From: Chiloscyllium plagiosum
Taxonomy: Eukaryota
Length of the DNA: 20,000 bases
Direction of reading: 5' to 3'
NCBI RefSeq assembly: GCF_004010195.1
Contig: NC_057718.1
Coordinates: 34,061,350 to 34,081,349, forward strand
The notes under the pieces were generated by a model. That model had not been told where the DNA came from, ran no database searches, and saw only the letters and a program-made list of their open reading frames with translations. Of this stretch, positions 12,091 to 20,000 are shown one piece after another; the first letter of the stretch is position 1, and every line of letters begins with the position of its first letter. Both the position numbers and the translations under genes were made by a program.

Positions 12091-12299
12091 TAGCAGAGTC
12101 TTTATTACTGACTTCCATTTGAGTGTTCATTGCAGCTCTTAAATTGATGTGCTCGTTATAGGTGTTTTGGCTGGTGGTGCTATATGTCATATCAAATATT
12201 TTTGAACCTTTTGCAACTAGTTTCCTTGATGGCTCACTAAAACAGAAACATTGTGTGTTGTGGTACTGAGCGCAATAGTACCTGCCTTTCCTAGTTTTG

Positions 12300-12585
12300 A
12301 TCTCCACTCCTTGCTGGATGAATCATCAGTATGACTAAGGGATTTCTACCATTAGCTTGTATTTCCTTCAGCTGTAGTTGGGAAATAGAAGCCTGACTTC
12401 CCACTGGTGATAGCAATCACTGCTGGCGGAAGGACAAAATCAGGTGCAGCTCTGATGTCTGCAATTGAACAGATCAGCGATACTCACTGTCTGGAGCCAT
12501 ACATGATCAACTACTCCTTGGAGAATGTAGAGGAGGGATGTCATGTTCCAACATGGGGCAATGTCTTCAGATGAGGTACTGGGAA
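12300..12585 (+). mobile_element. Ancient SINE-like remnant
   Basis: Blocks aggacaaaatcagg...gctctgatgtc, gatactcactgtctg and tgaggtactgg resemble an old chondrichthyan SINE and the inverse of 6480-6700. Boundaries are approximate. Confidence 0.4.
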
Positions 12586-12892
12586 TAGAATGGAAAGATT
12601 TTTATGACTCATATAAGCTTCATTGACACTCTATTTCAATGCTCGTATTTCATTATGCTACAATACTCACTGGCATGAAATATTGTAAAGCAGTCTTTTA
12701 TCACTTGTTAGTATTTCACACTGGTGTCAGAATTTGTTTCAAATTGCTGTTGATGGTGCATCACTGAGCAGAGATATTGCTAAAGGTAGGAGGTGGGGGA
12801 GCAACAAAAATGAGTAGTTGGCAAAGATTCAAAGGTCACATTTCACCAATTCTAACTGTGAAGTACAGTAAATTCTGGGCAGCACATTTTTG

Positions 12893-13256
12893 TTTTCAAT
12901 CATTCATGGGGCATAAACATCACTGGCCAGTTCAGTATTTATTGCCCATCCCCAACTGTCCAGAGGGCAGTTGAGGGTCAACAACATTGATGTGGGTCTG
13001 GAGTCACATGTAGGCCAGACTGGGTAAGGAGGCAGATTTCCTTCCCCAAAGGACATTGGTGAACTAGATGGGCTTTTCCCCACCCATCAGCAACAGTTAC
13101 ATGGTCATGATTAGATTCTTATTCTCAGATTTAAAAAAATAAATTCCACCATCTGCCATGGTTACCTGGTCTTTAATAATTACCTAGCCCTCAGGTAGTT
13201 ACCTGGGTCTCTAGATTAATAGTCTAGTGTTCATATCACTTGGCCATCACTTCTCC
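12893..13256 (-). mobile_element. tRNA-derived SINE with LINE-derived 3' tail
   Basis: The minus strand starts with a tRNA-like head containing a degenerate A-box (tggccaagtga). The body has aatgtcctttggggaaggaaatctgcc...tctggcctacatgtgactccagacccac. The tail is shared with 11862-11951. Confidence 0.75.
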
Positions 13257-13649
13257 TTCATTGTGAACTTGTGACCATAATTAACATATATAATATCCAT
13301 TCTCACAAATAAAGTCAATAGAATTTCTGTGGCCTTGCAAAAGATGCAGAGCATTTTGTCAAACTCCACCTCAAACTATTCCATGAAGCAGGACTCTGTG
13401 CTCCAAGGACCACTCTGAGGAACAAAGATCAACTGCTGCTGGAGAACCATCAACTCAGTGGAAGATGCTCTTGAGTCTGCTTGAGATGTTTGGGTTTTCC
13501 ATTGACTGGAAGGAACATTGATGACTGAGTATTAAGATTTTAGTGGGAGGTGCATGCTAGAAATCAAGTCCCACCACTCCACAAGCCATAACAAAAGTGT
13601 AAATGTCTTATTCAATCATGAAAATACTCAATTTCTTTCTCCCTTTCTC

Positions 13650-13719
13650 CACAACCACCTGATGCTTCCAAATAAACCTGTTGGACTATAACCTGGTCTT
13701 GTGTGATTTTTAACTTTGT
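13650..13719 (+). mobile_element. Remnant of a third PLE-type terminal repeat, hammerhead stem apparently deleted
   Basis: ccacctgat|gcttccaaataaacctgttggactataacctggtcttgtgtgatttttaactttgt matches a shark repeat that I recall normally carrying CTGATGA-stem-GAAA at the marked junction. Family recognition is from memory only. Confidence 0.55.
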
Positions 13720-15414
13720 TTCTTCCTACCAAGCTTTTCAATAAACTGAAAAATAACATATTCATTACAGGCAAACTTATCTTCGAGAAAAGTGGAAAAC
13801 TGATTATTCCCCTTAACCTCAAACACACACATTCAAACACAGGCAAGACAATGTACATACCTCTACAGTATTATTGTGAGTGGGGAAAAGATTAGGCAAA
13901 CAGGGGATAAAAACAATACCTCCATAGGTCAAAGGCTGAATTCAAATTACAATAATGAGTTGACAGTTCCTTTGAATTCCTTTTGACAAGTTCCAGTTAC
14001 TGACAAATTGTAGAATAACAGAAAATCTTCAGGCTAGATTTCAGATTTAGCTGAGAAACAGTTAGGAGTCCTGATATTTGAAACTTTATCAGGTCAGACA
14101 GCGCTATTTTCAGTTCCACACTCTCGCTCTTAATGACAGAAAGAGACTACACTGTCTCTCCTTGTAAACTTCTGCAGGAACTACCCACAGCTTCTAGGTG
14201 CGTATTGAAAAATATAGCAATTACCTCAGGTCAAAGCTGTTGCTATGCAACGGCAGCATAGATCCATTAGGGTTTTCAGGCCTGTTTGCTCAACAATTAG
14301 AGCAATAATACTACACCTTTATCCCTCTCTAAAACTTTGCTGGACACTACGTTCCAAAGAGCTTTATGTGTAAACAGCAGAAAAAAAAGTCTCCTTTAGC
14401 CTTTTGACTTTTCAGTCCAAACAATTACTTGACAAATTCTTTGCAACTCAGTAATGTCCATGTTCCAATTCTCATAATCCATAAGTATATGTATTCCCAA
14501 CATGCTTTTATCCTTGAGAGAAGAAATACCATTTTCAAATATGCTTCATCACAATGTAACATGATATGTGTACATCAAAACACAAAAATTAATTTACTTC
14601 ATTCACATTTATTCTTTATAGAAAATTTCTACAATGTCTTGCCACTTCTTTTTCCAAGCTATTTCAGCATAATTACATTTGTGATAATGCACCAGCAATT
14701 ACATGATCTTTTCCAGTGTTATGAACAATTCTTATAGTATAATATGAATTACATGATATTTTATTTCCAGCTGTTGTGATATATTAATACAACATCAAAT
14801 TAAGCTACACAATTGAATAGACTAATGATAACTTGGTTCATCAGTTTTCAAATTATAGTTGGAACGTTTTTAACCATGAATGACATGACTTGAGAATGAT
14901 ATGACTGGTTTGATGTAGCAAAAGTTGGTGTCCTTGTAGATGTTAAGTCCATGGTACTTGATAGACCTCCTCAGTTAATTAATCTTAATGAGGAATGTGG
15001 CACTGTCAACCCTATTAATACAGCCATCTAATTGAGGAATTGGATATGAATCTGTTACTGCTATTGCCTTTAATTTCCTGTAATCTATTCAGCATCTAGT
15101 TGAACCATTAGGTTTAGTAACTAATGCTACTGGTGAACTCCAATGCTTTGACTATGTTCAATCAAGTTATTTTCTAATCTGTACTAAACCTTCCTTTCCA
15201 ATCTCTGATTTTTTCTAGGTTGGAACCGAAGGTGTTGAACCCTTACATCCATAATACATATGGCTAGTGTTGTACATTTGAGTCTATCTCTACAGATTTC
15301 CTTGAATTCAATATAACTTTACTAAACCTTTCCATTGTTATACTTCTAAGTATGTGAATATTGTGTCTAGCTGACCAAGTGCCTCAGTAATTAGTTTAGC
15401 GGATAATGGAAGGT

Positions 15415-15702
15415 TTAGATTAGATTCCCTACAGTGTGGAAACAAACCCTTCGGCCCAACCAGTCCACACCGACCCTCCGAAGAGTAACCCACCAGACCC
15501 ATTTCCCTCTGACTAATGCACCTAATGCTATGGCAATTTAGCATGGCCAATTCACCTAATTGACACATCTTTGGACTGTGAGAGGAAACCCAAGCAGACA
15601 CGGGGAGAATGTGCAAACTCCATACAGAAAGTCGCCCGAGGCCGGAATCGAACATGGGACCCTGGTGCTGTGAGGCAGCAGTGCTAACCACTGAGCCACT
15701 GT
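15415..15702 (-). mobile_element. HE1-like tRNA-derived V-SINE, near full length
   Basis: A-box TGGCTCAGTGG (reverse complement of 15688-15698), B-box GTTCGATTCC (reverse complement of 15644-15653), V-domain tggagtttgcacattctccccgtgtctgc, and a 3' tail gggccgaagggtttgtttccacactgta shared with the CR1 3' UTR at 17984-18011. Ends in (aatct)n. Confidence 0.9.
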
Positions 15703-15890
15703 ATGAACTCTTTACATTTCCTTCTGCCTCACTCTGATTTTCTCTGCATTCCCCATTATTTTTTACCACCTTCATTATTTTTACTATTTGCTCCTTCTTA
15801 TCTTCCTTTCTATCATGACATTGTTTTGATATATTTCCATGACATAGCCAATTTTCTTCCTACGAGCTGGGGTGTCTATCAAATAATTCA

Positions 15891-16098
15891 GGAGAAAGTG
15901 AGGTCTGCAGATGCTGGAGATCAGAGATGGAAATGTGTTGCTGGAAAAGCGCAGCAGGTCAGGCAGCATCTAGGGAACAGGAGAATCGACGTTTCGGGCA
16001 TTCGGGATTCCTGAAGAAGGGCGAATGCCCGAAACGTCGATTCTCCTGTTCCCTAGATGCTGCCTGACCTGCTGCGCTTTTCCAGCAACACATTTCCA
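15891..16098 (+). mobile_element. Young PLE-derived fold-back element with 14-bp target-site duplication
   Basis: Perfect 78-bp inverted repeat (15927-16004 / 16022-16099) with a 17-nt spacer. Direct repeat tatcaaataattca at 15877-15890 and 16099-16112. CpGs are retained. Confidence 0.9.
16004..16045 (+). ncRNA. Minimal type I hammerhead ribozyme-like motif
   Basis: Helix I gggattc/gattctc (one U-U mismatch, one G-U pair), CUGAAGA 16011-16017, an extra A, stem II GGGC-GAAU-GCCC, GAAA 16031-16034, palindromic ACGU in place of helix III, and a putative GUC cleavage triplet at 16036-16038. Confidence 0.65.
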
Positions 16099-16646
16099 TA
16101 TCAAATAATTCACTTTACTAACTCTCACAAACTATCTGCTACGAGTGAAGGATGTGAGATCTCAACTTCACTCCAATTGACTTTTCCTCTCAAAGAGACT
16201 GGATGGGGCAGCAGGCATCCTTTCAAAGGAGTTAAACACAGGGCCCTCAGGACACTATAGAGACAGCAAGCTCTTCCACCTCCATCCTGTCTGTGACTGT
16301 CAACCATGTAGAAGTTGGAACCCAACAACAATGAGCCTTCATCTGAGCAGATCAGTCTCAGCATCTCTTGGCCCGATAGGAAAAAATGCCCCTGGATCAG
16401 CTACCAAAATCTTCCAGGTCAACAAGGTTCACTACAAAGCAGGCTTCCATCACATCAGCTGCGGACCTTGGAACTGCACCTAGATATAGTGAGAGAGAGA
16501 AACAGAAGGAAAGTGCTCAGGGGGCATGTAGCTTGCACAGGTGACACATTAGTGTGAATATTCTTTCAGATCTGTAAACTTTCAATTGTCAAAAGACCTT
16601 TTGTCTGTCATTGTAGGAGTAGGACCTAATTAGGTAGCTACCATTT

Positions 16647-16875
16647 AAAAAAAAACAAAGAACTGCAGACGCTGGAAAGCAGAAACAAAACAGAAATTGC
16701 TGGAAAAACCCAGCAGGTCTGGCAGCATCTTTGGAGAGAGAAACAGAGTTAATGTTTTGAGTCCGCTGTAAATCCATTCTGAAGAAGGGTTACTGGACCT
16801 GAAACATTAATTCTGATTTCTCTCCACAGATGCCAACATTGGCTGAGTTTCTCCAGCAGTTTCTGTTTTTGTGTT
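16647..16875 (+). mobile_element. Older PLE-derived fold-back element (second family) with decayed hammerhead-like core
   Basis: Imperfect inverted arms at about 16685-16764 and 16795-16872. CTGAAGA 16779-16785, stem gggtt-actg-gacct, GAAA 16801-16804. Degenerate flanking direct repeat taggtagctaccat (16631-16644) / taagtagccacaat (16878-16891), 11 of 14 identical. Confidence 0.8.
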
Positions 16876-17416
16876 TGTAAGTAGCCACAATGTCAGAGTT
16901 AAGCAGCCTCTTCACAGATCCTAAAGAGGGTAGCAATCATATTGATGAAACATTGCTAATCTCTCAGAAGCATCCCAGATGGCTTTACTTCATTAAGAAT
17001 TATTCCCCTTAGACTTTCAAACATAGCTGTTTGCCGCACAAGCTGCAAGCATATTCCATGGGTGTAACATTAATATAACACAGTGCCACACAACAACATG
17101 TCCACTTCTTTGACAGTTAAGTGTTGCCAATGTGACAAAAGTGTCTGGTTTTCTGTCTATCCTAAAAGGTTTACTGAAGTCAGGGATGCTGTGATCCTGC
17201 AGGTTTTCAATGAAAAACAATATACTAAAAGACATGGAAATCCAGATGTGCAGTAAATGGAAACTAGGCAATTGCTTTACAGCATCATGATATAAAATAT
17301 ACTGGAGAAGTTAAGTGATGTCCATATACTGAGTAGAAATATACAAATATAGATTGATATTGGAAGTGTTCAAATACATATAGTATAGATAGTGTTACCA
17401 ATATGCCAATAACATC

Positions 17417-17572
17417 AAACCAAGAACTTTGGATGCTGGATATCTGAAACAAAAACAGAAATTGCTGGCAGCAACTATGAATGTAAAGCAGAGACATTGT
17501 TTTGCCTTCATTATAACTTGCAGATGCTGCCAGACCTATTGCGTTTCTCCAACAATTTCTGTTTTTGTTTCC
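17417..17572 (+). mobile_element. Internally deleted or replaced fold-back remnant, same family as 16647-16875
   Basis: gaaacaaaaacagaaattgctgg (17446-17468) is the inverted copy of ccaacaatttctgtttttgtttc (17549-17571), 22 of 23 identical. cagatgctgccagacct is shared with the 16647 family. Confidence 0.75.
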
Positions 17573-17655
17573 AAAATAATAACTGTTGTCGGAAGTGAGT
17601 GGGTGGGTTATCTGGAGAATGGTGAAAGTTGCATTAGTACCAGGAATTAACCACA

Positions 17656-18046
17656 ACCTCATAGAGGTTTATAAAATCATGAGGGGCATGGATAGGATAA
17701 ATAGACAAAATCCTTTTCCTGAGGTGTGGGAGTCCAGAACTAGAGGGCACTTTAGGGTGAGAGGGGAAAGACATAAGAGGGACCTAATGGGCAACTTTTT
17801 CACATAGAGAGTAGTGAGTGTATGAAATGAGCTGCCAGAGGAAGTGATGGAGGCTGGTACAAATACAGCATTTAAAAGGCATCTGGATAGGTATATGAAT
17901 AGGACATGTTTAGAGGAATATGGGCCAAGTGCTGGCAAATGGGACTAGATTGGGTTGCGATATCTGGTCAGCATGGACGATTTGGACCGAAGGGTCTGTT
18001 TCCGTGCTGTACAATCTCTATGATTCTATGAGTCTATGATATGACT
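17656..18046 (+). mobile_element. CR1-clade (HER1-like) LINE 3' end
   Basis: LIEVYKIMRGMDRINRQNPFPEVWESRTRGH in ORF 17586..17807. Inverted homologue of 7182-7523. Ends in a short tandem tail (ctatgat/ctatgag). Confidence 0.93.
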
Positions 18047-18875
18047 TCAAGAAGCCTATTGGAAATTTAATTAATTAGATTCTATTTGATGTATATATAA
18101 TCCAGTTCTTTGTTTGTTTACAATTTTGCAACCACCATAATAGAGCTGGATTTATTATTGTTAAGGCAGGGAGCTCGGTCACAAATGATAAACTAAACAA
18201 GCAGCATTGATCATGTGGAACTAGTCAAGAGTTAGTGAATTGTCTGATTCTGTGTTTACCAAAACCAATCGAGAATCTGAAGGGAATAGGCTATAAGATC
18301 CCAAGAAACTACAGCATCATGAACACAACTTAATCTATCATAGCCAGCCTATCATCCATTGACTCTATCTATAATTCTTGCTGCTTGAGGAAAGCAATTA
18401 ACATAATCAAAGACCTTTCCCACCCCAGTTATACTCTCTCTGTACAATCTCTATGATTCTATGAGTCTATGATATGACTTCAAGAAGCCTATTGGAAATT
18501 TAATTAATTAGATTCTATTTGATGTATATATAATCCAGTTCTTTGTTTGTTTACAATTTTGCAACCACCATAATAGAGCTGGATTTATTATTGTTAATGC
18601 AGGGAGCTCGGTCACAAATGATAAACTAAACAAGCAGCATTGATCATGTGGAACTAGTCAAGACTTAGTGAATTGTCTGATTCTGTGTTTACCAAAACCA
18701 ATCGAGAATCTGAAGGGAATAGGCTATAAGATCCCAAGAAACTACAGCATCATGAACACAACTTAATCTATCATAGAAGCCAGCCTACCATCCATTGACT
18801 CTATCTATAATACTTGCTGCTTGAGGAAAGCAATTAACATAATCAAAGACCTTTCCCACCCCAGTTATACTCTCT
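18007..18875 (+). repeat. Direct tandem duplication, 433 bp + 436 bp
   Basis: Copy 1 is 18007-18439 and copy 2 is 18440-18875. By manual alignment they differ by 4 substitutions and one 3-bp indel. Confidence 0.97.
18297..18439 (+). mobile_element. Rex1/Babar-clade LINE fragment (duplicated, truncated copy)
   Basis: Translates as ASLSSIDSIYNSCCLRKAINIIKDLSHP. Duplicate of 18730-18875. Confidence 0.75.
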
Positions 18876-18987
18876 ACCGCTTTCTTTTGTCGGGCAAAAG
18901 ATCTAAAATTTGAATATACGTTTGAATACACATCCAAATAAATTCAAGAACAACTTTGTCCCTGTTGTTATCAGACATTTGAACGGA
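18730..18987 (+). mobile_element. Rex1/Babar-clade LINE ORF C-terminal fragment
   Basis: Manual translation gives SIIEASLPSIDSIYNTCCLRKAINIIKDLSHPSYTLYRFLLSGKR ... NKFKNNFVPVVIRHLNG, matching the Rex1/Babar terminus LPS...Y..RC..KA..IIKD..HP...LF..LPSGRR...R..NSFFP.AIRLLN. Confidence 0.8.
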
Positions 18988-20000
18988 AAACTGGAAATTG
19001 GCTAACGTGGTACCACTATATAAGAAATGTGGTAAGGAAAAGCCAGGGAATCTAGACCGGTGAGCCTGGTGTTGGTGGTGGGCAAGTTGTTGGAAGGAAT
19101 CCTGAAGGACAGGATTTACTTGGATTTGGAAAGGCAAGGATCGATTAGGGATAGCCAACATGGCTTTATGCATGGGAAATCATGTCTCACTAACTTGATT
19201 GAGTTTTTTGAAGAAGTAACAAAGGATTAATGAGGGCAGAGCGATGGACGTGATCCATATGGACTTCAGTAAGGTGTTCGACAAGGTTCCCCATGGGAGA
19301 TTGGTTAGCAAGGTAGATCTCATGGAATACAGGAAGAACTTGCCATTTGGATATAGAAATGGCACAAAGGTAAAGTCAGAGGGTGGTGATGGAGGATTGC
19401 TTTTCAGACTGGAGGCCTGTGACCAGTGGAGTGCCTCAAGAATCAGTGTTGGGTCCACTACTTTTCGTCATTTATATAAATGATTTGGATATGAACATAG
19501 GAGGTATGGTTAGTAAGTTTGCAGATGACACCAAAATTGGAAGTGTAGTGGACAGTGAAGAAGGTTACCCTAGAGAACAATGGGATCTTGATCAAATTAG
19601 CCAATGGGCTGAGAAGTGGCAGATGGAGATAATTTAGATAAATGTGGGGTGCTGCATTTTGGAAAAGCAAATCAGGGCATGACTTGTACTCTTAATGGTA
19701 AGGTCCTAGGGAATGTTGCTCAACAAAGAGACCTTGGAGTGCACGTTCATAGTTCCTTGAAAGTAGAATCGCAGGTAGATAGGATAGTGAAGAAGGCGTT
19801 TGCTATGCTTTCCTTTATTGGTCAGAGCATTGGAGTTGGAAGGTCATGTTGTGGCTGTACAGGACATTGATTAGGCCACTTCTGGTCTCCTTCCTATCAG
19901 AAGAATGTTGTGAAACTTGAAAAGGGTTCAGAAAAGATTTACAAGGATGTTGCCAGGGTTGGAGGATTTGAGCTATAGGGAGAGGCTGAATAGTCTGGGG
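18988..20000 (+). mobile_element. CR1-clade (HER1-like) LINE RT fragment, frameshifted, runs off the window end
   Basis: ORFs give MDVIHMDFSKVFDKVPHGRL, SGVPQESVLGPLLFVIYINDL, KFADDTKIG (19518-19529) and DKCGVLHFGK. Inverted homologue of about 7542-8435. Confidence 0.95.

Noticed and set aside
15640..15702. tRNA gene
   Set aside because: A and B boxes are present but continue into a V-domain and a LINE-derived tail, so this is a SINE head.
15338..16260. ORFs of 145, 103, 61 and 67 aa, including two starting MLPDLLRFSSNTFP
   Set aside because: They are translations of the HE1-like SINE and of the two arms of the inverted repeat, not genes.

Overview
Eukaryotic, AT-rich, CpG-depleted non-coding DNA (intronic or intergenic). 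The repeat families suggest a cartilaginous fish, probably a shark; this rests on recognition from memory, not a database search. No intact host protein-coding gene is supported. Every recognisable ORF in the track is a decayed fragment of a non-LTR retrotransposon ORF2 (CR1/HER1-like, CR1/L2-group, Rex1/Babar). The window also holds an HE1-like V-SINE, a Deu-domain SINE, another tRNA-derived SINE, a 433/436-bp near-identical tandem duplication and an 18-N assembly gap. The most interesting signal is a set of short elements resembling Penelope-like element (PLE) terminal repeats. Three carry a hammerhead-ribozyme-like core (CTGANGA-stem-GAAA). The best preserved (15891-16098) is a perfect 78-bp fold-back flanked by a 14-bp target-site duplication, with an apparently intact minimal hammerhead core. 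PLE-associated hammerheads are a known class, so any novelty lies in the architecture and possible function, not in the motif.
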